This document shows positions 19,916 to 29,538 of a stretch of DNA of 32,000 bases, piece by piece. A model generated the notes under the pieces. It was not told the DNA's origin. It did no database searches and saw only the letters and a list, made by a program, of their open reading frames with translations. A program made the translations under genes and the position numbers. Numbering within the stretch: position 1 is the first letter of the stretch; every line of letters starts with the position of its first letter. Origin of the DNA: Fastidiosibacter lacustris (GTDB lineage Bacteria > Pseudomonadota > Gammaproteobacteria > Francisellales > Francisellaceae); the NCBI RefSeq assembly GCF_003428155.1, contig NZ_QLIR01000005.1, positions 60,001-92,000 on the forward strand, read 5' to 3'.

Positions 19916-20350
19916 ATGAAAGTAAATAGGAAAAAGAACCAAAAAGGTTTTTCGCTAATTGAGTTATTAATTGTAATAGCAATTATTGCGATTTTAACCG
20001 CGATTGCGATACCGATGTATACGAGTTATACAGAACGTGCTCGATTATCGGAAGCCTATTCTTTTCTAGGTTCTGACAAAGTATTCGTCGCAGAACAAAT
20101 TAACACCAATGCAGGGCTTCCTGCAACTTTTACGACCGATGGAAGTGCTAAAACTGGTCAATATGGTGCAGTTGCTGTTAACTCTGGTACTGGTGCGATT
20201 ACCTATACCTATAGTGCAGCTGGTAATGGTGCAAACTTGAATAACCAAACAGTTACTTTAACGCCAGCCTTTGCAAATAACGGTGTAACATGGGGCTGTA
20301 CAACAACTATCAATAGTGCTGCTGTTGCAGATGTATGTGCTGAGTTCTAA
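19916..20350 (+). CDS. pilA: Type IV major-pilin-like protein (PilA/PilE)
   Basis: Type III signal peptide with prepilin peptidase site KG|[36 protein letters not shown], and a C-terminal Cys pair (WGCTTT...ADVCAEF). Confidence 0.94.
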   Translation: MKVNRKKNQKGFSLIELLIVIAIIAILTAIAIPMYTSYTERARLSEAYSFLGSDKVFVAEQINTNAGLPATFTTDGSAKTGQYGAVAVNSGTGAITYTYSAAGNGANLNNQTVTLTPAFANNGVTWGCTTTINSAAVADVCAEF

Positions 20351-20363
20351 TTTTAATTAGAAC
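20344..20363. terminator. 20-nt palindrome across both convergent stop codons, possible bidirectional terminator
   Basis: GTTCTAATT-TT-AATTAGAAC is a perfect 9-bp inverted repeat. It contains the pilin TAA (20348-20350) and the reverse-strand ligase stop (20357-20359). Confidence 0.45.
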
Positions 20364-21718
20364 GTCACATTTGTAAAGAAAGGGACAATAATAAGAATAG
20401 CAAGGATGGTAATGATTAAAGGTGCCACAAAGAACATGTGGCATTTTTTTTGGCTATTTTGTTCTAATACTTGAGGCATAAAAGACAATAGCAATCCCAT
20501 TGCAAATATCATGCTAAATTGGCTAAGTTGTAATTTAAATAAATTGCTAAGCATAGCATGTGTCATTCCAGCAAGTACACTAGCAAAAGCAACAAAATAT
20601 AAGGCTGAGTGTTTATAGCTTCTCATATATTCGCATGCACGGCGAAAGCTCCTTAAGCCAACTAATAGAAAGCAAGTAAGACCAATAATTCCCCACTGTG
20701 CGGCGACAGTTAAAACAATATTGTGTGGATAATCACGCAGATAATATAAAGCGTTCAGTTCTCCGACGCCAAGCAAAGGATAATGCGCTGCAAGTGCTAG
20801 AGATTTTGCCCATAAATCCCAGCGATCTTGATTGGCAAAAAAAGCTCGATCTAATATCGAGCTGCCGCCAACGATTTGATGAACGATATAGAATAAAATA
20901 GCTCCAACAATAGCAGCTAATATTTGCCAACTAATGAATTTAAGCATGAGTTTATAATTTAAAATACCAAGTACAATAAAAATAACGATATACTCAAGGA
21001 TAAGGGCACGTGAGCTATGCGCAATTACAACAAACCATAAAGATGACATAGCGATAAAGCTTAAAGCCTTAAATAATTTTGTATCATCCTTCCTTAATAA
21101 CGCTAGACATAAAATAGGTAAAAACCAAGTGGCGAAATGGTCAAAAAAACGAGGATTGGCAAAATTAAATTGGAGCAAGATCATTCCTTGAAATTTGGTT
21201 TGGGTGGCAGAGGTTGGAAGGTACGTATGCACTAAATAGAGCTTAAATAATAAGACAAAAACATAGCTGATAGCACAAACAATCACAACAGCGATCAGCC
21301 AGCGGATATTATTAGGAAATCGCTTAAAGTAATTTGCCAAAAATAACACAGCAAGGAGCATTGAAATGTCGATTGAAACACCTTTAAAAGCAGTCGCTGC
21401 TTTTAAAGCAAAACTTGCAGAGAGTATTCCAATAAAAAAAAAGGTTACAATGAGGGATCTGGTCCATAAAGATAATGATAAAAAACTGGAAATAATATTG
21501 TGGTGTGAAGCACTAGTAATTAAAAATGTTGACAACACGATGATCCAGCAAAATAATGATGTAAAACCTCGAAAAACATATGTATCAAGTGCATTGTGGG
21601 AAACATTGTAGTAAAGGTTTGCAGGATTCCAAAATATAAGTAAAAGTCCTGCTAGTATCACACCATAAATAATATGTTCTGTTTTTGGCGAATTTAAATG
21701 ATTTTTTAAATATTCCAT
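20357..21718 (-). CDS. O-antigen ligase/polymerase-like (Wzy_C) membrane protein, candidate pilin oligosaccharyltransferase (PglL/TfpO type)
   Basis: Multi-TM protein with FANPRFFDHFATWFLPIL, RALILEYIVIF, DRAFFANQDRWDLWAKSLALAAHYPLLGVGELNALYYLRDYPHNIVLTVAAQWGIIG. Lies tail to tail with a type IV pilin gene. Confidence 0.8.
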   Translation of the reverse strand: MEYLKNHLNSPKTEHIIYGVILAGLLLIFWNPANLYYNVSHNALDTYVFRGFTSLFCWIIVLSTFLITSASHHNIISSFLSLSLWTRSLIVTFFFIGILSASFALKAATAFKGVSIDISMLLAVLFLANYFKRFPNNIRWLIAVVIVCAISYVFVLLFKLYLVHTYLPTSATQTKFQGMILLQFNFANPRFFDHFATWFLPILCLALLRKDDTKLFKALSFIAMSSLWFVVIAHSSRALILEYIVIFIVLGILNYKLMLKFISWQILAAIVGAILFYIVHQIVGGSSILDRAFFANQDRWDLWAKSLALAAHYPLLGVGELNALYYLRDYPHNIVLTVAAQWGIIGLTCFLLVGLRSFRRACEYMRSYKHSALYFVAFASVLAGMTHAMLSNLFKLQLSQFSMIFAMGLLLSFMPQVLEQNSQKKCHMFFVAPLIITILAILIIVPFFTNVTF

Positions 21719-21761
21719 TTTATTTTTTCCTGTTAATTGTTGTGGTGATGAGAATGTGCTT

Positions 21762-22280
21762 TTAATGGTTTTTGAATTTTCGCCAAAGATTGAAGCTTAA
21801 CCAAACAATGCTTGAGAGTAATAATCCAAATGCTAATCCAATAATGATGCAGCCAAGGATCAATGGTACGAAAATCGCATGGATATTAGTGATTATATGA
21901 TGCCAAGCAAAATTATCCTCATAAAACAAGGCTGTCTGACCCATCATAAAGCAACCAAATAAATATGCTCCATACATCATCGGTAGCATGGTAATTGGAT
22001 TACTGATCCACACCAAAGCAATAGTGATGATTAAATTTGCACGTAATGTAAGTGCTAAAATCGCAGCTGGCACCATTTGAAAAGGTATTGGCATCATGCA
22101 CATAAAGCCACCAACAATGCACGCCTTAGTTACACTATTGCGATCAAAATGCCATAGAAAATTATGGTGCATATACTTGTGCAGGAAACCCAACCATTTA
22201 TGTTGTTTAAGCTCTTCTTTTGTCGGTAGAAATTTTCGCCTCATGAAGTAACTGACCGTGATTAGCATAATGCCAATCAT
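21762..22280 (-). CDS. DUF2062 family small membrane protein
   Basis: FLHKYMHHNFLWHFDRNSVTKACIVGGFMCMMPIPFQMVPAAILALTLRANLIITIALVWISNPITMLPMMYGAYLFG resembles the DUF2062 core. Confidence 0.85.
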   Translation of the reverse strand: MIGIMLITVSYFMRRKFLPTKEELKQHKWLGFLHKYMHHNFLWHFDRNSVTKACIVGGFMCMMPIPFQMVPAAILALTLRANLIITIALVWISNPITMLPMMYGAYLFGCFMMGQTALFYEDNFAWHHIITNIHAIFVPLILGCIIIGLAFGLLLSSIVWLSFNLWRKFKNH

Positions 22281-22478
22281 AGCAAAATCTAAGCTGAAAA
22301 GCCGTTATAATTACTGGTAAAATGATGCTTTTTTGAGTGATGATTGTTGCGAAAATTCTTGCGAATAACATCTTTTTTGTGTATTTTGTCATGGTTTACA
22401 AAATCGAGGGTCATGGTATGTTCTATGACTATGTTGTGGGTCTATGTGTTAAACATAAAAATATTAATGTAGAGAAAG

Positions 22479-23003
22479 ATGATTATCACACAAAACGTTT
22501 TCTTGATTGGTCCAGTAGGTGCTGGCAAAAGTACAATAGGTCGTCAATTAGCAAATGAGCTAAAATTGGAGTTTGTTGACTCAGACCGTGAGATTGAGCA
22601 ACGCTGTGGTGTTGATATTGATTGGATTTTTGATATAGAAGGTGAAGAGGGCTTTCGAAATAGAGAGCAAGAAATTCTAAGTGAATTGGCAAATCGGCAA
22701 GGTATTGTGTTGGCAACTGGAGGAGGTGCAATTATTCGTCCAGAAAATAGAACTTTATTATCATCACGTGGAAAGGTTGTTTATCTTCAAGCATCAATTG
22801 AACAACAGTTGGAACGTACAGCTAAAGATAAAAAACGTCCTTTACTGCAAGTAGAAAATAAAGAAGCACAATTAAGAAAATTAATGGAAGAACGAGAGCC
22901 ACTTTACCGTGAAATTGCTGACATTACGATTGAAACAAGTGAAACAACTGTTCGTAATGTAGTGCAGAAAATTACCAATCTGCTAATGGAAGAAGCTGTG
23001 TGA
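22479..23003 (+). CDS. aroK: Shikimate kinase
   Basis: [19 protein letters not shown]-type Walker A ([21 protein letters not shown]), [49 protein letters not shown]. Followed by aroB. Confidence 0.96.
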   Translation: MIITQNVFLIGPVGAGKSTIGRQLANELKLEFVDSDREIEQRCGVDIDWIFDIEGEEGFRNREQEILSELANRQGIVLATGGGAIIRPENRTLLSSRGKVVYLQASIEQQLERTAKDKKRPLLQVENKEAQLRKLMEEREPLYREIADITIETSETTVRNVVQKITNLLMEEAV

Positions 23004-24091
23004 TAACAGAAGTACGGGTTTCGCCACAAGGCAAACCAAGTTACTCCGTAATCATTTCCGAAACAGCTGATTTTTCTTATCTTATACCTTTTGTTAGAAA
23101 CAAGCAGATACTTGTTGTAAGTAACAAAACGATTGCCAATTTGTATTTACTGCTGCTTGAAAATGTATTGAAAGAACATTGTCACCAATGGCAATTATGC
23201 TTACTTCAAGATGGAGAAACCTATAAGAATAGTGTTTCTTTAGATTATATTTATGAAACCTTACTTAGGCAAAATTATACGAGGGATTGTGAACTTATTG
23301 CATTAGGTGGTGGTGTGATCGGTGACATAACAGGCTTTGCTGCTGCGACTTATCAACGTGGAGTATCGGTTATCCAAATTCCAACCACTTTATTGTCTCA
23401 AGTTGATTCATCCGTTGGTGGAAAGACTGCAATTAATCATTCATTAGGCAAGAATATGATTGGTGCATTTTTCCAGCCTAGACTTGTTTATACTGCAATA
23501 ACGTTTTTGAAAACATTACCAGCGCGTGAATTTTCAGCAGGAATGGCAGAAGTTGTAAAATACGGCTGCATTGTTGACTATAATTTTTTCGTTTGGCTAG
23601 AAAAAAATATTGATTTAATCAATGCGCATGATCCAAATGTTCTTTGTTATGCGATTGCCAAAGCTTGTGAGTTAAAAGCACAAATTGTATCTCTTGATGA
23701 ACAAGAAAAAACGGGCGTGCGAGCATTATTAAACTTAGGGCATACTTTTGGTCATGCAATTGAGTGTTGCCAGAATTATGTTGGTCTAAAGCATGGTGAG
23801 GCGGTTGCTGTAGGTATGGTAATGGCAACTCAATTATCTCATACTCTAGGTAATCTTGATGGAAAAGATGTCAGTAGAATAAAAGACTTATTAAAAGCAT
23901 TTCACTTACCAATTGAAATACCAGCACTGATTCAAAAACCAGACTTTATAGCAGCTATGCTACGCGATAAGAAAAATACTACAAAAGGCATAACACTCAT
24001 TTTATTAGATAGAGTTGGACAGGCGTATATTGAAAATAACTTTTCACAGCAGGTATTAGAAGTATTTCTTGACTGCTATTTTGGACTATAA
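23000..24091 (+). CDS. aroB: 3-dehydroquinate synthase
   Basis: [85 protein letters not shown]. Start (GTG) overlaps the aroK stop. Confidence 0.97.
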   Translation: MITEVRVSPQGKPSYSVIISETADFSYLIPFVRNKQILVVSNKTIANLYLLLLENVLKEHCHQWQLCLLQDGETYKNSVSLDYIYETLLRQNYTRDCELIALGGGVIGDITGFAAATYQRGVSVIQIPTTLLSQVDSSVGGKTAINHSLGKNMIGAFFQPRLVYTAITFLKTLPAREFSAGMAEVVKYGCIVDYNFFVWLEKNIDLINAHDPNVLCYAIAKACELKAQIVSLDEQEKTGVRALLNLGHTFGHAIECCQNYVGLKHGEAVAVGMVMATQLSHTLGNLDGKDVSRIKDLLKAFHLPIEIPALIQKPDFIAAMLRDKKNTTKGITLILLDRVGQAYIENNFSQQVLEVFLDCYFGL

Positions 24092-24399
24092 TCATGCTAA
24101 ATTAAGCATAGCTTGAGCTGCCATTACAAGTGGTGAGATTACTTTGGTTGCTCCCAGCATTTTTGCTTTCTGGAGACTATTTTCTTGGTTGATACGAATG
24201 GTGATTTTGATATTTGAATGACTATTTTGCAGAAACTCATTGATGCTAAGTAGGGTAATGATATTATCGGCATCCTGTGTTCATAAGCGATGATAATCGC
24301 ATCTGCATTTTTAACACTTGCTTTTTCAAGTGTATCAGGGTTATTAGCATTTCCATGAGGTGTATAAGGTTTAAGCTCTGCCGTACTTAACCATTGCAT
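24092..24399 (-). pseudogene. Frameshifted, N-terminally truncated RCK/TrkA-N domain remnant (KefC or K+-channel-like)
   Basis: Reverse strand frame A: GNANNPDTLEKASVKNADAIIIAYEH. After a frame change near 24276, frame B: DADNIITLLSINEFLQNSHSNIKITIRINQENSLQKAKMLGATKVISPLVMAAQAMLNLA-stop. Together they read as one RCK-type domain. The frame B stop abuts the aroB stop. Confidence 0.75.
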
Positions 24400-24651
24400 A
24401 GTGATTCCTTTGGCATTTCATTGAGCAAATAATTAAGTTAAATAATTGCTTATAACGATAGCTTATAAAATTGGAATATCTAAAGATCTTTAGCACAAAT
24501 CATGCTGCCTCAAGGTCTAGATGATGAATTAGTTATGAAACTAAATGGGAGATTTTTGATTATATTGGGGCTAAAGTAAGATTAAGAATAAGCAGTATAT
24601 TAATTGTATTAGTCTGGATATAATTGGTTTATGAATAATCTGAAAAGATGT

Positions 24652-26706
24652 TCAAGCTTTGATATATTCATCAGTTTTGTTTAACCAACGATGAATGATT
24701 TTCTCTGCGTGCTTAGGATATTGTTTGATAATTGCTTCAGCAATATTAGTCACATCATCAAAAAGTGCTTGGTGTTGGCTTAAATCAGCAACTTTAAATT
24801 GAATTCCCCCTGTTTGATTAGTTCCAAATATATCACCAGGACCTCTTAATTTTAAGTCTTCTTCGGCAATTACGAAGCCATTTTGCGTTTTACGCATAAG
24901 TTCTAAGCGTTTTTTGGCAGTATTGGATAAAGGGGAGTGATATAGTAATATACAATTACTTTCTTTGTTACCGCGCCCAACACGTCCACGTAATTGATGT
25001 AATTGCGATAATCCAAGACGTTCGGCATTATCAATAATCATAATATTGGCATTGGGTACATCTACTCCAACTTCAATAACTGTTGTTGCAACCAATATAT
25101 CTAACTCATGGGATTTGAATGCCTGCATGATATCTTCTTTGTGCTGAGCTTTTAGTTTACCATGTATAAGCCCTATGCGAGCGCAAGGTAGCATGTTGCT
25201 TAGCATTTCAAAAAGAGATTGGGCATCTTGTAAAGTAATTAGAACCTCTGAACTTTCAATTAAAGGACACACCCAATAAGCTTGACCATTATTGGCAATA
25301 TGTTGTTCAAGTCGTGTAATTAGAATTTGCTTTTTAGTTTGGTTTAAAACACTGGTTGTAATCGGTTTACGATTAGGAGGAAGTTCATCAATAATGGAAA
25401 GATCTAAATCACCATAGACAGTCATTGCTAGTGTGCGTGGGATAGGGGTAGCAGTCATTACAATCTGATGTGGCTGCCAATTTTTAGTTTTAGCTTTTTC
25501 AATTAAACTCAACCGCTGCTCTACACCAAATCGATGTTGCTCATCAATTATGACTAATCCTAAATTCGGATAGTCAATGTTGTTTTGGAAAACGGCGTGT
25601 GTGCCGATAATAACACAATTATCTTGATTCTCTATCGTTTTTAAGGCCTCTTTACGCGCCTTAGTCGTAAGCTGTTGAGCAATAAATACTACAGGAATAT
25701 TAAATATGTTTAACCAGTTTGTAAGGTTATGATAGTGCTGTTTGGCTAAAATTTCAGTTGGTGCCATCATGACAGATTGTAGTTTATTGTGTGCAGCTTG
25801 AATGACTATGGCGCCAGCAACAACGGTTTTACCTGAACCAACATCACCTTGAACAAGACGTGATGCTGGTTTATTAAGCGTGAAATCATACAAAATCTCA
25901 TTGATAACGCGTATTTGAGCTGGGGTAGGTTGAAAGCTTAAAGTTTCTAAAAAAGTTTTTAAAAGCGTATGATTAACGGCAATTCGAGCAGATGAGGTTA
26001 TTTGATTGTGCAACCTTGCTTTTTTAGCATTTAAGTTGTGTGCTAACAATTCTTCTAATGCTAAGCGATAGCGTGCGCGAGCACTAAGGTTATATAGGTT
26101 ATCAAAGTTATCGTTTTTTGGGAAATGGAGAGTATGTAATGCTTGATTTATATTTTCTAGTTGATGTTTTTGTAAAAGTGAAAGTGGCATATATTCATCA
26201 AGCTTGATTTGATCTTTGAGTTGTAAAATTAATTTATAAAAAACGGCAGAGCTTATTCCTTCAATAGTTGGATAAATAGGAATAATATTACCTAATTTTT
26301 TACCTTTATCTTCATCGGTTAAAATTTGCCATTCAGGGTGAGTGATCTCAACAGCATGATGATTATGAACAATCTCACCAAAGCAGCGAATGATTTTACC
26401 TTTTTGCAAGAGTCGTGTTTGATTTGAGTAAAACTTAAATAAGTGCATTTTACAAACGCCACTGCTATCAAAAAAGTAGCAAGTTAAATGTTTTTTACCA
26501 ATATCATTAATATTGACTTGGCGAATTACACCTTCAATTTGTTGTTTTTCACCAGCTGTAGTATGAGCAATGGGTATAATTGTACGGCGATCTTGATAGT
26601 ATCTAGGCAGGTGGAGTAAAAGATCAGTGACTGTATTGATACCAGCTTTATTGAGTTTATTTAAAATAGATTGACCAATACCTTTTAGCGATTTTAACTC
26701 TAGCAT
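24652..26706 (-). CDS. recG: ATP-dependent DNA helicase RecG
   Basis: LQGDVGSGKTVVAGA (Walker A), DEQHRFGVEQR, MTATPIPRTLAMTVYGDLDLSIIDELPPNR, GLSQLHQLRGRVGRG, and an N-terminal wedge domain. Confidence 0.97.
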   Translation of the reverse strand: MLELKSLKGIGQSILNKLNKAGINTVTDLLLHLPRYYQDRRTIIPIAHTTAGEKQQIEGVIRQVNINDIGKKHLTCYFFDSSGVCKMHLFKFYSNQTRLLQKGKIIRCFGEIVHNHHAVEITHPEWQILTDEDKGKKLGNIIPIYPTIEGISSAVFYKLILQLKDQIKLDEYMPLSLLQKHQLENINQALHTLHFPKNDNFDNLYNLSARARYRLALEELLAHNLNAKKARLHNQITSSARIAVNHTLLKTFLETLSFQPTPAQIRVINEILYDFTLNKPASRLVQGDVGSGKTVVAGAIVIQAAHNKLQSVMMAPTEILAKQHYHNLTNWLNIFNIPVVFIAQQLTTKARKEALKTIENQDNCVIIGTHAVFQNNIDYPNLGLVIIDEQHRFGVEQRLSLIEKAKTKNWQPHQIVMTATPIPRTLAMTVYGDLDLSIIDELPPNRKPITTSVLNQTKKQILITRLEQHIANNGQAYWVCPLIESSEVLITLQDAQSLFEMLSNMLPCARIGLIHGKLKAQHKEDIMQAFKSHELDILVATTVIEVGVDVPNANIMIIDNAERLGLSQLHQLRGRVGRGNKESNCILLYHSPLSNTAKKRLELMRKTQNGFVIAEEDLKLRGPGDIFGTNQTGGIQFKVADLSQHQALFDDVTNIAEAIIKQYPKHAEKIIHRWLNKTDEYIKA

Positions 26707-26709
26707 GTC

Positions 26710-28008
26710 CTATCTAAACCATGATTTTAGTTTGTTATTAAGTGCATTATTTAGTGCTTTTTCAATAATAGGTTGTAAGTTTTGTTGTAATTTCTGTTGG
26801 TTGATTTTAGCACTGAAATTTCCATTTTGGTAATTAAGGATATAGGGAATGTGTAAGCTAGGTTCGACTTGAACATTTAATAACAATGGATAATTAAAAT
26901 ATTCCTTGGACACATCAAACTTCCCTGTACCTGTTATGCTAAATTTAGGTGCAAGCCAACTGAGTCTCGTCGTTGTAATCATTGAGTCAACAAATTGACT
27001 CTGTACATTTAAAGTATTTAGCTGGGTATGTTGATTTGGATCTGCATTAAATTTATCGCTGTTTAAGATTGGCAATATTTGGTTTTTTAAGCTCTGAAAG
27101 GCGGTTTCAATTTCATCACCACTATTTAGTGCAGTGAGTAGTTTGTGAGTTGAGTCAGCAATACTATTTAAATTGATTCCGTTAAGCTTAGCACTATTGG
27201 CGTGGATATTGATATTACCTTGTAGTTTTTGAAGGTTATCTTGTTGAAGGTCGAAATTAATGTTGAATTGATTAAGTGTGAGTAAAAAACCTTTCATGTC
27301 AATAATTTTTTCAACAGCAATTTTTGGGGCTGAAAATTTACCTTCAGCAGAAAAATGAGGTTTTAGTTTTATTTGCTTGAGTGTACCTATTAGTTCTTCG
27401 CCATTAATATCAAGTGTAATGTTCTCAATATCAGTAACTTTATCGTTATCAGTGATATAAATTCTAGGAACTTTGAGAGACGTAGAGTGATTATTAATAG
27501 TAGTTTGTAATGTAATATCATCAAACTGAATTGTGTTTGAATATGGATTGAGCGCCATTTGGAAGTTAAAATCATTAAATTCATTGACAAAGCTCCCTTT
27601 AATATTATATTTCTGGTTTTTCTCGAGGACGTTAAGTGTAGGAATTAAAAATTTTATTTTAGTACCAAGTTTAACTTGTCCTTGTTCAAGATCAAGTGAC
27701 TTAATTGAGTTATTGGGATTTATAATAAGGTCAATAAAATTAACTTTAATGGTACCTTGTTGCCAATGACTGGTGAGGATGTTGTTGTTAGTGTTAATTG
27801 TAATATTTTGCCCATCAAGTTGCATTAACCATAAGTTAAATGAAAGCCTGCCATCAATAAGGATATGAACATTGTTGTTCTGACTAAGTTTATTATTAAC
27901 CCAGTTTTTGTAATCATTGGGATTAAAAATAAATTTCAACCAGATGAAAAATAGCAACAGAAGAAGCGTAATTGTAAGAAGGAGACTTAATATAAGTTTT
28001 TTAACCAT
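26710..28008 (-). CDS. AsmA-like protein (divergent)
   Basis: Start taken at MVKKLILSLLL. One N-terminal TM segment, then NPNDYKNWVNNKLSQNNNVHILIDGRLSFNLWLMQLDGQNITI, resembling the AsmA N-terminus. The rest is beta-rich and Asn/Leu-rich. Confidence 0.6.
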   Translation of the reverse strand: MVKKLILSLLLTITLLLLLFFIWLKFIFNPNDYKNWVNNKLSQNNNVHILIDGRLSFNLWLMQLDGQNITINTNNNILTSHWQQGTIKVNFIDLIINPNNSIKSLDLEQGQVKLGTKIKFLIPTLNVLEKNQKYNIKGSFVNEFNDFNFQMALNPYSNTIQFDDITLQTTINNHSTSLKVPRIYITDNDKVTDIENITLDINGEELIGTLKQIKLKPHFSAEGKFSAPKIAVEKIIDMKGFLLTLNQFNINFDLQQDNLQKLQGNINIHANSAKLNGINLNSIADSTHKLLTALNSGDEIETAFQSLKNQILPILNSDKFNADPNQHTQLNTLNVQSQFVDSMITTTRLSWLAPKFSITGTGKFDVSKEYFNYPLLLNVQVEPSLHIPYILNYQNGNFSAKINQQKLQQNLQPIIEKALNNALNNKLKSWFR

Positions 28009-28128
28009 GGTTATTCCTTTATCGTCAACTTTCAGCATGAAATTAACAGAATATGTTTGGCATCATGCACTATGTTTTTTATGATAGTCTGAATTATTGA
28101 CGAATATTGAGTTTACGCCAAGTTGATT

Positions 28129-28323
28129 ATGACAAAAAAATACCTCAAATATGGAATTCCTTTATTATTAAACATTTGTATAATAGGTTGTGGGCAGATG
28201 GGACCATTATATTTGCCTTCTAGCGAAAAAAATGAACCTCAAACAAAATCACAGCCAGTGACAAAAACACCACAAGATGTAGGAAAGTGGCAAAATAGCG
28301 ATGAAATAGAGTTTTCAAAATGA
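28129..28323 (+). CDS. lptM: Small lipoprotein, LptM (YifL)-like
   Basis: MTKKYLKYGIPLLLNICIIGCGQMGPLYLPSSEK has a lipobox (IIGC) followed by the LptM-type CGxxGPLY(L/F)P signature. Confidence 0.8.
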   Translation: MTKKYLKYGIPLLLNICIIGCGQMGPLYLPSSEKNEPQTKSQPVTKTPQDVGKWQNSDEIEFSK

Positions 28324-29465
28324 AAATGCAGCTATTAATTATTACAGTAATAGGGATGATTAATCTATCAACTGCTTATGCAGTAAGTCCTGAAAACGCC
28401 AAAATTATGGCAGAAAAATACCGCGCGTTAGCGGAAAGCTATAACAAATTAGCACAAGAATATGAAATGGTAGTAAAGAATGAAGATATGTTAAATAAGA
28501 CCCCAGCGCTGACTATCAAACAAAAAGCAACGGATGATGCAAAAAAAATACAAACTAAGGAATTGAAAGTACAACAACAAAACAAAGATATTCAATCACA
28601 GGCAAACGATAGTACGCCACTAAATCCCTGGTCTGTTGAATTGGAAACACAAAAAGAGATAAATAATGTAACAAAGTCACCAGTTCACACTGTAAGTGAA
28701 AATCAAAGTAAAAGGCTAATAGGTTTAAGTGAACTTATTCTCCCCGAAGGTATTATGGATGATAATATTGAAGTGCAAAAAATACCTAATATTACAGTAG
28801 TAGTACCTTGGAAAGGCACAAGTTTTGGTCTTGGAGGAAGTATCGTTACAGGTAATTCAGCAGCAACAAACTATAATGCCAATGCCAATATTAGTTATAA
28901 CCCAATTATTCCTTGGGAAAACACTTTGGTAATGAGTTATTTGTATAATCGTGATGATATGTCAGGTGGAAAAGGAGTTAAAACAAATAAATTTCAAGCA
29001 TTAGGTACCACTTCATGGAATTTTGATAAAAATAATGGTCTTTATGCAAGTTTAAACTACTTAAATGATCAGCTAGATACTTATACCTATCTTCTTACTG
29101 AATCGTTTGGCTATAAGCGACAACTTTACTCAAGGCATAATATGTCACTCAATACAACTTTAGGTCCGAGTTTAACTCAGTCAAAAATAAAAGAATCAGG
29201 AGAGTTTGCAAATGCGCTGGGTGCACAGAATACAATTAATTATGTTTGGAATTTTACTGACGCATCAAGTTTTAAACAAAACTTTTTAGTGAACTGGACA
29301 GCAAGTGACGCAACAACTTATCAAACAAATAGTACTCTCTCAACAGAGCTATATGAAAACCTGATCTTGCAATTAGGATTTCAAGTAAACGGTAGCAGTT
29401 GGGCAAGCAGTGGTAAAAAACGTATCAATACGGTTACTTCAACAACAATCGCTTATACTTTTTAA
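28320..29465 (+). CDS. Outer membrane beta-barrel protein with N-terminal helical region, DUF481-like C-terminal domain
   Basis: Signal peptide MKMQLLIITVIGMINLSTAYA and a helical stretch, then alternating barrel strands (GLGGSIVTGNSAATNYNANANISYN...FGYKRQLYSRHNMSLNTTLGPSLTQS). Ends in an aromatic residue (IAYTF). Start overlaps the lptM-like stop. Confidence 0.65.
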   Translation: MKMQLLIITVIGMINLSTAYAVSPENAKIMAEKYRALAESYNKLAQEYEMVVKNEDMLNKTPALTIKQKATDDAKKIQTKELKVQQQNKDIQSQANDSTPLNPWSVELETQKEINNVTKSPVHTVSENQSKRLIGLSELILPEGIMDDNIEVQKIPNITVVVPWKGTSFGLGGSIVTGNSAATNYNANANISYNPIIPWENTLVMSYLYNRDDMSGGKGVKTNKFQALGTTSWNFDKNNGLYASLNYLNDQLDTYTYLLTESFGYKRQLYSRHNMSLNTTLGPSLTQSKIKESGEFANALGAQNTINYVWNFTDASSFKQNFLVNWTASDATTYQTNSTLSTELYENLILQLGFQVNGSSWASSGKKRINTVTSTTIAYTF

Positions 29466-29538
29466 GGTTGTAAATGCTGCAAAAAACTTTGTTAGTGGTA
29501 TATAATGTTATGTTATCTCTACAGGTAGTAAAATAATT

